Below, piece after piece: positions 36,993 to 49,344 of a stretch of DNA of 64,000 nucleotides (position 1 is its first letter; each line of letters begins with the position of its first letter). The notes under the pieces are model-generated. The model was not told the origin of the DNA and did no database searches. It saw only the letters and a program-made list of their open reading frames with translations. Source of the stretch: Macrostomum hystrix. Lineage: Eukaryota; Animalia; Platyhelminthes. The DNA lies in contig CATNEN010000007.1 in the NCBI GenBank assembly GCA_950097015.1, positions 5,022,001 through 5,086,000 on the forward strand. Direction: 5' to 3'. Both the position numbers and the translations under genes were made by a program.

Positions 36993-37725
36993 CAGGTAGA
37001 TTCGGAGGCAGGTAGATTCGGAGGTAAGTAGATTTGGAGGCAGGTAGATTCGGAGGTTAGTAGATTCGGAGGCAGGTAGATTCGGAGGTAAGTAGATTTG
37101 GAGGCAGGTAGATTCGGAGGTAAGTAGATTCGGAGGCAGGTAGATTCGGAGGTAAGTAGATTCGGAGGCAGGTAGATTCAGAGGCAGGTAGATTCGGAGG
37201 CAGGTAGATTCGGAGGCAGCAGAGGCAGCAGAGGTGGAGGCAGCAGAGGCGGAGGCAGCAGAGGTGAGGGCAGCAGAGGTGAGGGCAGCAGAGGTGGAGG
37301 CAGCAGAGGTGGAGGCAGCAGAGGTGGAGGCAGCAGAGGCAGCAGAGGCGGAGGCAGCAGAGTTGGAGGCAGCAGAGTTGGAGGCAGCAGAGGTGGAGGC
37401 AGCAGAGGTGGAGGCAGCAGAGGTGGAGGCAGCAGAGTTGGAGGCAGCAGAGGCGGAGGCAGCAGAGTTGGAGGCAGCAGAGGTGGAGGCAGCAGAGGTG
37501 GAGGCAGCAGAGGTGGAGGCAGCAGAGGCGGAGGCAGCAGAGTTGGAGGCAGCAGAGGTGGAGGCAGCAGAGGTGGAGGCAGCAGAGGCGGAGGCAGCAG
37601 AGGCAGCAGAGTTGGAGGCAGCAGAGTTGGAGGCAGCAGAGTTGGAGGCAGCAGAGTTGGAGGCAGCAGAGTTGGAGGCAGCAGAGGCAGCAGAGGCAGA
37701 GGCAGCAGAGGCAGAGGCAGCAGAG
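36993..37725. repeat. Compound array: 16-bp (GTAGATTCGGAGGCAG)n grading into 15-bp (GAGGCAGCAGAGGTG)n
   Basis: Unit switch near 37215 at a shared GGAGGCAG junction. Confidence 0.92.
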
Positions 37726-38353
37726 AGTGTCAGCGGAAGCATGTAAATGCAGCTGATTAGCAAGCAGCTGTCACTAAAGCATGTGTTCAAGTGCGCCCAT
37801 GCGGTCGAGTCACTTCTAAAATTCGTGCATTCTTAAACAGCTCAGCAACTCTCCAATAGGCTGAATGGCAAGTTGTTTTTTTTCATTGACGATCGCGCCT
37901 TGCGGTTGACCAAAGCCAGCTACCGCTGACCCCAGTGCGTCTCTTCCGTCACCAGGCACCGCCTGGCACTCTGGTGCAAATAAATTCTAAAAGAAGACCA
38001 CTGCCTTCCCGTCCCTACTGGGGGGTTCCCGCTCTAGAGCAGTGGCTCCGTAAACTGAACGCGTTTTTGGTGGCTTCCTGACAGCCCTAGGGCGAAAGAT
38101 GACACCGAAAATGACCGAAAACCACCTCAGGCCAGGTGTAAATTCTTGTTGAAGTCACCCGACACCATGCAGTTCTTGCGCATACTAAGGTTTGTTTAGT
38201 AAGATATTACGATTTAATTAGTAATTAAATACTATCTGTGCAACAAGAGTGTATGCAAATTAAACTAGCTTTACTGAGAAATTCGGAGGTTAAAAAATAC
38301 TGACTGGCTGATCAACGGTAAAACGACAGATTTTTAGATTTTTAGATTTTTAG

Positions 38354-38645
38354 ACCTCACCCACAGATATCTACCTCACCCACAGATATCTACCTCACCC
38401 ACAGATATCTACCTCACCCACAGATATCTACCTCACCCACAGATATCTACCTCACCCACAGATATCTACCTCACCCACAGATATCTACCTCACCCACAGA
38501 TATCTACCTCACCCACAGATATCTACCTCACCCACAGATATCTACCTCACCCACAGATATCTACCTCACCCACAGATATCTACCTCACCCACAGATATCT
38601 ACCTCATCCCTTCATTATCTACCGCATCCCTTCATTATCTACCGC
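38354..38645. repeat. 19-bp minisatellite (ACCTCACCCACAGATATCT)n
   Basis: ~13 identical copies plus 2 degenerate. Confidence 0.93.
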
Positions 38646-39344
38646 ATCCTTTTAATATAATCCCCACACCTTCATTCCCAGAACCATCCCTACCTTAGTA
38701 GTTCTACGGGTATTAAAATCGTTGCATTCCAGTCTTTCGCATTATTTATTCATTCCCAGAACCTCAATTCGCTTAAACAAATCCTTCAAGACGAAACTGA
38801 CCTTTCAGGGTGTTTCGCTTGTGGCACAGTTTCGTGCCAATGCTTGGTGCTGGCTAGCAAAAATACCTAAAGCGAGATGATTAGTTGACAGTCCGGGAAT
38901 GAATTTCGAACCCAGCATGTCATTCTCAAAGCCCCCATTAAGGAGCTAAAAATCTGCATTGAATCGAAAAACAGCTAAAAAGGAAAAGTAGCAGGACGAG
39001 ACCCGGTTCCTGGACGGCTTGTTCATTTCACTGTGCTTTGCGCATTGGGAGCTGCATCATTTCGTTTGACTGGAGATGGGAATTGTGAAATTTGAGCTGC
39101 AAGATATCTCCCCCCTCCCACAGAACAGGCGCCTTAGACTCCGTGCCTTCGAAGGCTCTGAGACCCAGATCCCTGTCAGGGCGCGACGCTGCTTGCTGCG
39201 TCTGAGGAAACTGAACTCGCTTTCGTTATTCGGGGTGGCAATTTCCTCAAATTGGGAAATCTCGGCCAGTGCGCAAAGGTGAAACTAAGGAGTTAAAAAA
39301 ATGCAGGTTTTCTAAAATTTTTTTCTGATTTTATTAAATTCGGT

Positions 39345-40170
39345 AGGATTATGAAATTCGGTAGGATTATGAAATTCGGTTAGATTATGAAATTCGGTTC
39401 AGATTATGAAATTCGGTAGGATTATGAAATTCGGTAGGATTATGAAATTCGGTAGGATTATGAAATTCGGTAGTATTATGAAATTCGGTAGGATTATGAA
39501 ATTCGGTAGTATTATGAAATTCGGTAGGATTATGAAATTCGGTTCAGATTATGAAATTCGGTTCAGATTATGAAATTCGGTAGGATTATGAAATTCGGTA
39601 GGATTATGAAATTCGGTAGTATTATGAAATTCGGTAGGATTATGAAATTCGGTTCAGATTATGAAATTCGGTAAGATTATGAAATTCGGTAGGATTATGA
39701 AATTCGTTAGAGATTCTGAAATTCGGTAGGATTATGAAATTCGGTAGGATTATGAAATTCGGTAGGATTATGAAATTCGGTAGGATTATGAAATTCGGTA
39801 GTATTATGAAATTCGGTAGGATTATGAAATTCGGTTCAGATTATGAAATTCGGTTCAGATTATGAAATTCGGTAGGATTATGAAATTCGGTAAGATTATG
39901 AAATTCGGTAAGATTATGAAATTCGGTAAGATTATGAAATTCGGTTAGATTATGAAATTCGTTAGAGATTCTGAAATTCGGTTAGATTATGAAATTCGGT
40001 TAGATTATGAAATTCGTTAGAGATTCTGAAATTCGGTTAGATTATGAAATTCGGTTAGATTATGAAATTCGTTAGAGATTCTGAAATTCGGTTAGATTAT
40101 GAAATTCGGTTAGATTATGAAATTCGGTTAGATTATGAAATTCGGTAGGATTATGAAATTCGGTAGGATT
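39345..40170. repeat. 18-bp minisatellite (TTATGAAATTCGGTAGGA)n
   Basis: ~45 copies. Confidence 0.94.
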
Positions 40171-40893
40171 GTGGCATCTACATTATTAGTTCATTCGGAA
40201 TTTGGAGAAGTATACAAAAAACTAGAAGAAAAAGATAATGCCAAGCAACTCCGAAAATCACATCCTGTAAAAAAAGCAAAGTTTAGTCAAGCAAAGTGAA
40301 GTACAACGCAAGATGGACAGGTGAATCAGTGAACGGGACCCCCCCAAAAGCACAGAGAAGCCATTATTCGACGAAAGTTAGTAAGCAGGGAAGACAGATC
40401 CCCGACCTCAGATCAGCCAGCAGGATCAGAGAGAGAGCGGCAGAGGAGGTTTTTCTGTGGCCATTGTGTATTTGTGTGACTCCTTCAGCCATCACCCTCT
40501 TCAGTGTTTGTGTTCCTTTTCTCCGCCTCCTCTGCGGCCTGTCTCTCAACCTGTGACTCCCCCCACCAGTTTGGCAACGGTAGCTGGCGAACACAGTTTA
40601 CAGGGTCCGTGTGTGTGTGTCCCTGCTTGCTGCAGTTTTCTGTCTTCAAGATCAGCAAGGAAATGCTCCTGCATCACAAATAATCATGCCAGGTGGCCTT
40701 GGCGGCCCAGTTATTATATATATATATCTTAGGAGATTAAGCAGGCCCCCAAACTGTTGATTGCGGTATTCCAACAGAGGCGCTGATTAAGATGAAGCGG
40801 AATGGAAGCTGTGTGGCTGGAGTGTGCAGCTTGGAGGGCACAAAGCCTTGGCTAGTGGAAGAAATCAAGGTTACCAACCTGCCCTACCTGTGT

Positions 40894-41154
40894 GGGGGTG
40901 AGTGGCAGGGCGGTCAATGCGTTTGCCTCTCTCGCTGAGGTCCCTGAGCTCGATTCCGCGGCGAGGCCACATTTATTTAGGGCGCAGCCGCGGAGAGAAG
41001 GCTTGGGGGCTTGTCGTGTAATTTACGCCCTTGAAGGCCAAAGCACAGTGAAAGTGTACACAGCCTGATGATGAGAAAGTCAGGACAGATGTACAGCATC
41101 TGTGTGCCCGCATCCCTCATGCAGTTATTATATCATTATTATTATTATTATTAG
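40894..41154 (+). mobile_element. tRNA-derived SINE family B, full-length (~260 bp), in Six1/2a intron
   Basis: Head GGGGGTGAGTGGCAGGGCGG (A-box-like), T-arm-like GGTCCCTGAGCTCGATTCC (B-box-like), (TTA)n tail, imperfect TSD CCTACC(T/A)GTG at 40883-40892 and 41155-41164; homologous to 967-1190. Confidence 0.75.
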
Positions 41155-41232
41155 CCTACCAGTGAATCCTGCAATTGCATTTCCTGCTTCTATAATTACT
41201 TTTGTTATAATTTAAACTTTCCTCATCGTCAG

Positions 41233-41896
41233 TCGAGATGTTGGCAGTCTGATTGGCTCTGGCGGCGGCATCTGCGGCGGTGGCGGCGTCGGCTGCAGCG
41301 TTGGCGGCAGCGGCGGCGGCGGCGGTGGCACCATGCTGATGGACGCGAAGCAGCCAGACGATGACAGCCGGTCCTCCGTCAGCGGAGGTGACAGCGAGCC
41401 AAACAGCCCAGCTGTTGCATTCCAGCCCGCCTACCTGGACCCCGGTGCTGTCTATGGCATGATCGGGCATCAGCAGCAGCAGCAGCAGCAGCACTTGTCA
41501 ATTAGCGGCTCTTTCAGCAGTCCGAGCCCATCTCAGCTCGGCCCCAACATGAGCAGCTTGAGCAGCGGCTGCTATTCGAAGGTGCAGCATCAGCAGCACC
41601 AGCACCAGCTTCTGCATCATCAGCAGCATCATCATTACACCGATCCCAAATCACCTAGCGGCGTCTACAAGAAGCTGTCAGATTCTGTCATTGCCTGCGA
41701 TCCGAGTTCAGAGTCCCCGGCAGCCAACGCGGCAGCCGCAGCGGCAGCCGCAGCCGCAGCAGCCGCGGCAGCTTTTGGCAGCGGAGGTCACCATCCGATG
41801 GACCACTTCCTGGCAGGCGGGGCTCCCCACCATCAGCACCATCAGCATCATCAGCATCACCAGCTGCTTCATCCCGTGCACCTGTCCGATTATTGA
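41233..41896 (+). CDS. Six1/2: Six1/2 paralogue a, exon 2 (Gly/Gln/His/Ala-rich C-terminus)
   Basis: Acceptor ctttcctcatcgtcag ending 41232 is phase-compatible; open frame to TGA 41894-41896; GC3-rich; AATAAA at 42181. Confidence 0.8.
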
Positions 41897-42180
41897 CACA
41901 TTTCCTGTTCTCCGCTTCGTCAGAATCCTCCGCCCTGCGATATCCGAACCCAACTCTTGTTTTTTGTTGAGATTGTTTGTTATGTTTGTGAAACTAAATA
42001 TCATACCGTAAACTATAATCTAGTCGATTATTGGTTGTTTAAGTCTGCTAAGGACCCCATGTGGCAGCCTCATCTGCTCTATCTTTGGTCCATGCTTAGG
42101 TTTTTGTTAAAACCCATCACGTAGGGCGCGAACATGGGACAATTTAACCTTTTATTTTTGCTTTGTCGACTGCATCTCTG

Positions 42181-42186
42181 AATAAA
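42181..42186 (+). terminator. Candidate polyadenylation signal of Six1/2a
   Basis: AATAAA ~285 nt after the stop, followed by T-rich sequence. Confidence 0.5.
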
Positions 42187-42887
42187 AATTGTTTTCTATA
42201 TAGTTTTTCATTGGAACTATGAGTACATTGGCAAAATTTGTTGCTTTTTCTAAATATTTTAGCTTTTGTTAAGAGATTCTGTTTAATTATGGCAATGTAA
42301 ACTAATTTAGCATTAAATTCTGACCGTACCTTACACCAAAATAATTATGCGAGGCTTATGCAAACTAACTAACAAATAAATAATATGTGCATCATGATTA
42401 TGTATACTGTGTTGAAACTACGAAAATGTAATTTGTCTAATTTGTTCAGCATTTACAAAATTTGTTCAGTTAGACATTTCATTGTATCTAAAATCTGTAT
42501 CGATGGATCTGCAAAGCTATCTTTGATCAGAGGAAAACATGAACCCCAACAGATTTTTTACAGGTAAATAGCCAGCAAAGACCCGCTGAAGGGCAAAGCT
42601 GACAAATTTTGAGCATCACATGAAGTGGGCTTCAGTGCAGAATGGCATTGTAGGAGTTTGGGGTGCACAGGGAGAGACAGAGAGACAGCTAGATGCAGAG
42701 CCTGCAGAGGGACAAAAGACGAACAGACAGGTTTGGCAAGGATATCAAGTGTCAAAACTGCACAAAAAATCCCAAAAAGGGATCGCTGTTTGAGCAGCGC
42801 TCAAGCAAAAGGGAATATTGAGGCTGCGCGCATGGCTGGTTCGATGCAACTGCTAAACAGTATTGGAAAACTTGGCCAACTTCATAT

Positions 42888-44182
42888 AGTGTCTGTGTGA
42901 CAGTGTCTGTGTGACAGTGTCTGTGACAGTGTCTGTGTGACAGTGTCTGTGTGACAGTGTCTGTGTGACAGTGCCTGTGTGACAGTGCCTGTGTGACAGT
43001 GCCTGTGTGACAGTGCCTGTGTGACAGTGCCTGTGTGACAGTGTCTGTGTGACAGTGTCTGTATGACAGTGTCTGTGTGACAGTGTCTGTGTGAGTGTCT
43101 GTGTGACAGTGTCTGTGTGACAGTGCCTGTGTGACAGTGCCTGTGTGACAGTGCCTGTGTGACAGTGCCTGTGTGACAGTGTCTGTGTGACAGTGTCTGT
43201 GACAGTGTCTGTGTGACAGTGTCTCTGTGACAGTGTCTGTGTGACAGTGTCTGTGTGACAGTGTCTGTGTGACAGTGTCTGTGTGACAGTGTCTGTGTGA
43301 CAGTGTCTGTGTGACAGTGTCTGTGTGACAGTGTCTGTGTGAGTGTCTGTGTGACAGTGTCTGTGTGACAGTGTCTGTGTGACAGTGTCTGTGTGAGTGT
43401 CTGTGTGACAGTGTCTGTGTGACAGTGTCTGTGTGACAGTGTCTGTGTGAGTGTCTGTGTGACAGTGTCTGTGTGACAGTGTCTGTGTGACAGTGTCTGT
43501 GTGACAGTGTCTGTGTGAGTGTCTGTGTGACAGTGTCTGTGTGACAGTGTCTGTGTGACAGTGTCTGTGTGACAGTGTCTGTGTGAGTGTCTGTGTGACA
43601 GTGTCTGTGTGACAGTGCCTGTGTGACACTGCCTGTGTGACAGTGCCTGTGTGACTGTGCCTGTGTGACAGTGCCTGTGTGACAGTGCCTGTGTGACAGT
43701 GTCTGTGTGACAGTGTCTGTGTGACAGTGTCTGTGACAGTGTCTGTGTGACAGTGTCTGTGACAGTGTCTGTGTGACAGTGTCTGTGTGACAGTGTCTGT
43801 GTGACAGTGTCTGTGTGACAGTGTCTGTGTGACAGTGTCTGTGTGACAGTGTCTGTGTGACAGTGTCTGTGTGACAGTGTCTGTGTGACAGTGTCTGTGT
43901 GAGTGTCTGTGTGACAGTGTCTGTGTGACAGTGTCTGTGTGACAGTGTCTGTGTGAGTGTCTGTGTGACAGTGTCTGTGTGACAGTGTCTGTGTGACAGT
44001 GTCTGTGTGACAGTGTCTGTGTGAGTGTCTGTGTGACAGTGTCTGTGTGACAGTGTCTGTGTGACAGTGTCTGTGTGACAGTGTCTGTGTGACAGTGTCT
44101 GTGTGACAGTGTCTGTGTGACAGTGTCTGTGTGACAGTGTCTGTGTGACAGTGTCTGTGTGACAGTGTCTGTGTGACAGTGC
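42888..44182. repeat. 14-bp minisatellite (GTGTCTGTGTGACA)n
   Basis: ~93 copies. Confidence 0.95.
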
Positions 44183-44619
44183 TTGACATTTCAACAAAAA
44201 CTGTGAGTTTTGGCAGGGAGCTAGAATCTAATGGCAGTATCGCTTTAATCACAAAAAATGTGAAAAAAATTGAACTAGAGTAAAAATTTCTACAAGTCAA
44301 ACAGGTGGTTCTCTTCAGGCAGTTAAAATTTAGTTTGAATCGAAGGCTGTGATGCAACCGCTGTGTCAAGCATTCATGAAACTGGGTCTCTCGCAAATTG
44401 GTTCCACAGAGACTTGTCTTTCTGTTATTGCTCCGAGTTTCAAAACATTGCTTTGCGTGTTTACAATTTATAATTGCTTGCTTTGTTTGGGCAAATTGCT
44501 AACACTGAACACTGAATCTACGGCTTGATGTTATTTATTTACATTTTTTTGACCATCAGAACGCCAAAATACTTTTCTTCTTAAGAAGTAATTTCGATAA
44601 GATTGTGTTATACTCTTAT

Positions 44620-44743
44620 GTCACTCTGTGTCACTCTGTGTCACTCTGTGTCACTCTGTGTCACTCTGTGTCACTCTGTGTCACTCTGTGTCACTCTGTG
44701 TCACTCTGTGTCACTCTGTGTCACTCTGTGTCACTCTGTGTCA
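44620..44743. repeat. 10-bp repeat (GTCACTCTGT)n
   Basis: ~12 copies. Confidence 0.92.
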
Positions 44744-44969
44744 TACAAATCTGGATCGCTCATCACTGATCTAGTATTTAACTGAAACGAAAACGAATGC
44801 AAATGTGACAATCGCTTTTTAGTCCAAGTTTCTCGGTCTTGTTTCACAGCAGAAAGAAGTTTTGTGACACAGGGGCTTCACAATGGAGTGTTTGTTGAAG
44901 GAGTGTGGCACTCTCGATCGCACGTGTGCTGTTAGACAATTGGAACAAATAATACTGCATGACATTCGT

Positions 44970-45105
44970 GATTGGCGGTGATTGCGCAATCGCGCAAGGT
45001 GGCCCTCGTCAGGCTGCAGCAGTCTTCCGGCCCAGATTGGTACAGATTGGCATTACGGATGGGTTAGGGGCGGACCAGTCCAAGGAATGCGGATAGCTAT
45101 AAAGA
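44970..45105 (+). promoter_or_regulatory. Core-promoter-like module (3 CCAAT boxes, C/EBP palindrome, GC box, TATA)
   Basis: ATTGG at 44971, 45036 and 45046; ATTGCGCAAT 44981-44990; GGGGCGG 45067-45073; TATAAA 45098-45103, in canonical order for + strand transcription. Confidence 0.5.
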
Positions 45106-47912
45106 TACTAAGTTTTTAAGGGCCTCAAGCTTTTGAAATTCTGACCTTCTCTAGCTTGGGATTTTTGAAAACTTTGTATTGACAGTATCGCTGTGTGAAG
45201 AAAAATAAACAGACATGGAGAGGAGTGGCGGGACCCTCCACTGCCCTGGACTCGCAATCGTTGAATGATACTTGCCCCGGAGTCCCTGAATGCTGGGATA
45301 AATGGGTGGAGCTGAAACACTTCAACCAGCCGCAAATGGGGATCAGTTCCCGCTGGGTGGCGAGGCGGTCCGCTCTCGAAGCGTGGTGTGCGGGGGATGT
45401 CGAGACGGTCCCTGCGTTTAGTTGAAGAGGATCTGCCACAATGAGACGAGCTTGTGATGGGATCAATGGGAGGCGATGAAGCGATTGAGATTTGAAAAAA
45501 ATTAGGAGAAAATCCATGCGCATGTATATATTGTGGGCACGTGTCAGTCGCGGTGTTGAGTTCCACTAAAATCCCGAGATGGGATAATAGCAGCGGGGGT
45601 CACCCAACAACAGGTCCGCAAAGTTTGTCTTCCCCACCTCAAATCCTTACCACCTTTGTCTCAGCCCCAGCAGCCCAAAGCTTGAATATTTTTCAATACG
45701 TTTTCCAGCTCAGAGAGAGCGTGTGAGCTGAACAGCTCGACCTTTACCCCGCAGCCCCGGCCCGCTTCGCAATCCAGCCTCCTTCATCAGCTTCAAACAT
45801 GCCCGCTCTGAGTGGGATAAGAGTAAGCGATTTTTGCACGGTTGCCAACCAGTTGTCAGCTTGCAGTTGCCGCGTGACAGAGCCGAGACAGAGAGACAGG
45901 TAGAGTGGGGAGAGAGCATGCGTTGCGCTGGGAATTGAGCACGAGTCCTCCTCAACTGCGATGAACCTCGCGGGGCGCGTTGTGTGAAGTTTTTAGGAGG
46001 CTGGCGAAAAGGCTTTGAAAGGCTTGGAGCGCGCGTGGCTGGTCGCCGGTGTTGGCACACTGCAGTGTCTGCTTCGTTCCGATCGTCGCCTCGATTAACT
46101 CTTGTCATGCGATTGTTGCTCGAGGTCGCATTGGCGTACAGGCAGACTGCGCGTGCAGAGATAAGAACATTATATACATGTATAACAAGGGAGACGAATT
46201 TGGAAATTTTCTTTGTTTCTATACTACCTGGACGTAGTTCTAACCGGCTGTTTGATGGTAACATGCAGCAACTCCCACAGGAGCTCTCTTTGACCTTTAC
46301 AGCTTGTCTGAAATGGGCTGCGAAAAACCCTTGCCCGCAGAATAAACCATCTTTGCCCGCTCTTTATCCCAATTTGTTGTCGTCAATCCCGAGGGATGCG
46401 CAGGCCGCGAAGCCTTAGCAACGGCGCACTCTATACCTTGTTCTCCCTTTTCGCGTGTCGTAAAAAAGCAGAGTAGAAATCGAACTTCGGCGAGCGAATT
46501 TTTTTGCGCCTAACAGCAACATAATACCTTGCGCGCGAAAGTCAAAAACTTGTTTTTGACGAGCGTCTGTACTGTGCCATTGAACATATCGCTAAAGTAA
46601 AATTAGGTAGTAAAGACTGTTCTTTTAATGAATTGCACACACTGCCATGCACCTCCGCGCACAAAAAACTCTCAATCCGACTGTATTGTGGATTGGATTT
46701 TATTCAAACTATTTCTAGCGTAAATTGCTAGTAGCTGTTGCTCTAATCTCCAAATGCTTTTAAACTCTCGCCGTATGCGTCTGACAAATAAAGATTCGGA
46801 GTCGAATATGATTTATTACTAAAATGATTTAGTATTTTTTTTAACTACTTCCAGTAGCCAACTTGGGTATCTGGCAAAGCAGTCGGGTACATGATGTATA
46901 TTTTTATATTTTTAAGTGTCATCGAGACAGCAACAGACTTGAGACGAATGCTGCAGATTACAAAACACAATAACAATGAACACAATTATTATAAAATGGA
47001 TCACAAAAACAGCCTCATGCTGCAAAAGCAAAAGCATATTCAAGCTGATAAACAGTCACCTGAATTATAAGATTTAATTCTTTAATTGATTTGTTTAAAT
47101 TTTTGTATTGCTATATATTACTATTTTTACTGTTTAGACTCTGGAACCTGTTTGATTTACTACAAAAAATCGTTGTTCTTAACTTTTAAATTAGTTTTTT
47201 TCATTTTTCTAAGACGCGAGTTTACAGCATCATTATGCATGGAATGGTGTATTTAGTATATAGTCTATATCTAGACTCGTTTGCTTTGAATTGATCAAAT
47301 CATTTTCTATGTTTGATAGCATTTTCTTTTGTTGGGTATGTTCTATAGGCCTAGTGAAAATGAAAAAAAGAGTGAAGCCTAAAGGCAACAGAAGTTAACT
47401 TAGTTAAGGAATGTATATTTCTTTTGAGTTTTAACAGTACAATACATAAAAGTTAGTTAGGTTACTAATACAAGCAGAGAATTTTTTAGCTAGTCATGCA
47501 ATTTTTTATTACTAATCGATTACTTTTTTTATTACTAATTACTAGTCGATTAATACAGTAGCCTACTGCTTTCATGTTTTAAACAAGGACCACTAGCATT
47601 ATATCTAGATTGGTCCTTGGTCCTTGGTCCTCTGGTCCTTGGTTTTAAAATGTCACAGTTTATTTATTTTTATAATATTTAGCTATAGTTTATAGTCCTA
47701 GACTCTACTATTATTGTTTGGCCTAATACAGTTTACCTGTACGATTCAAAAACTAATTGCTACATGTTAAAATGGCCACCGCTAAATCAGCCACAAGGAA
47801 AAATGATTAGACAATATAATGCTATAACAGACACACACAAGTTAACTACTACAATAAATTATACAAATTACTATACATGCTATAAACAATTGCTGTGAAC
47901 TAGGGCCTATAA

Positions 47913-48459
47913 CAGGGGTCGGCAAACTCCGGCCCGCGGGCCAGATGCGGCCCTCGAAGCTCCCAAATCCGGCCCGTTGCCCCTTCTGACATCTACAGTG
48001 TCCTGTTTCATCTCTCTCGTGTCTAATCTCTCCCGTGTCTAATCTCTCCTGTGTCTCATCGCTCTTGTGTCTAATCTCTCCCGTGTCTCATCGCTCTCGT
48101 GTCTTATCTCTCCCGTGTCTTATCTCTCCCGTGTCTAATCTCTCCCGTGTCTAATCTCTCCTGTGTCTCATCTCTCCTGTGTCTAATCTCTCCCCTGTCT
48201 TATCTCTCCCGTGTCTAATCTCTCCCGTGTCTAATCTCTCCTGTGTCTCATCTCTCCCGTGTCTAATCTCTCCCCTGTCTTATCTCTCCTGTGTCTAATC
48301 TCTCCCCTGTCTTATCTCTCCCGTGTCTAATCTCTCCCGTGTCTCATCTCTCCCGTGTCTCATCTCTCCCCTATCTCATATTTATACAATCAATGCGGCC
48401 CGCTATCGTTTTTTAGGTTCTCTCTTTGGCCCGCCAGCAAATAAGTTTGCCTACCCCTG
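47913..48459. mobile_element. Non-autonomous hAT (Charlie-type) MITE
   Basis: 16-bp TIRs CAGGGGTCGGCAAACT and AGTTTGCCTACCCCTG (15/16 match); perfect 8-bp TSD GCCTATAA (47905-47912 and 48460-48467); subterminal GGCCCG motifs. Confidence 0.92.
48005..48372. repeat. 16-17-bp minisatellite (TCTCTCCCGTGTCTAA)n inside the hAT MITE
   Basis: ~22 copies entirely between the TIRs. Confidence 0.92.
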
Positions 48460-48794
48460 GCCTATAACAACAGTGTTTTCTTACATGTGTCTTCCTCTTG
48501 TCTTCCAACTGTAAAAATAATTTTGTCAGTGAAGAATATTAACAAAAAACAACTATAGTCCCTATGTAATTAGTATACAGTGTTTGAATTGCGGATCTTT
48601 ACTTTAAATTTGTGGTTTTCACCACATAGTTATTTTTATTTGTTAAATATTTATTATTACTTAAATTTAAATAAGGGTTTGGCTTATGGCTACAGTTTTA
48701 TTTTAATTGTAGTTTGAGTTTATTCTTGAAAAATCCTTTATCTTAAATTTATGAACATAAATCTAATACTTTTTTTAAATACAAAAGGTTCTTG

Positions 48795-48900
48795 ATTTCA
48801 CCTGTCCTATTTGGTCAGATGTATAGCCAATAGCACAGCTGTTACTCTAGCTATTACAAAGTGTATCTGAAGGCTGCATACAGTTGTTCAGTCCAAATGC
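48795..48900 (-). mobile_element. Second degraded family-C SINE body fragment
   Basis: ggtcagatgt..agcacagc..agctatt..atctga..ttcagtcca matches 49203-49272. Confidence 0.45.
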
Positions 48901-49169
48901 TAGGGGGTTAGATTTTAAATCAAGTTCATAGTTTGAATTTTTTGTGGGCATTTTTTAACTTCAATAGAGTTATCTGTTTCTTGTTTATTTGGAGTCAGCC
49001 ATGTTTGCCATTAATATAGCTTGAAGTTAGAAATCATATATAATTTGAATTTAATTGTATTCTTATGTGATTTCACTTTTTTTGTATAAAGGCTACAACA
49101 GAAAGGCCAGAAAAAATGCAATTATATCATGAAAACTATAGAAAGAGCTTATATATATTGTATTTGCAA

Positions 49170-49344
49170 TATGATTCTTAGTAGAATCAGGTGCCTTGAT
49201 CTGGTCAGATGTGCAGCTGACAGCACAGCCACAGCTATTGTGTGGCACATCTGATGGTTACTTATTCAGTCCATGGACTGAGGAGATGCCACACTCAATT
49301 ATGCCAGCTGAATCCAAAGCTCTAACCACTAGGCTAGTACCCCC
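49170..49344 (-). mobile_element. Degraded tRNA-derived SINE fragment (family C)
   Basis: Minus strand begins GGGGGTACTAGCCTAGTGGTTAGAGC (tRNA D-arm/A box); body contains inverted repeat TCAGATGTGC...GCACATCTGA and is homologous to 48795-48900. Confidence 0.5.

Noticed and set aside
9876-46397. COE/EBF-like CCCNNGGG sites near Lhx3/4 (e.g. ~9876, ~10381, ~15608, ~20114, ~46388)
   Set aside because: The count is about what chance predicts for a 6-specified-base palindrome in this much unique sequence.
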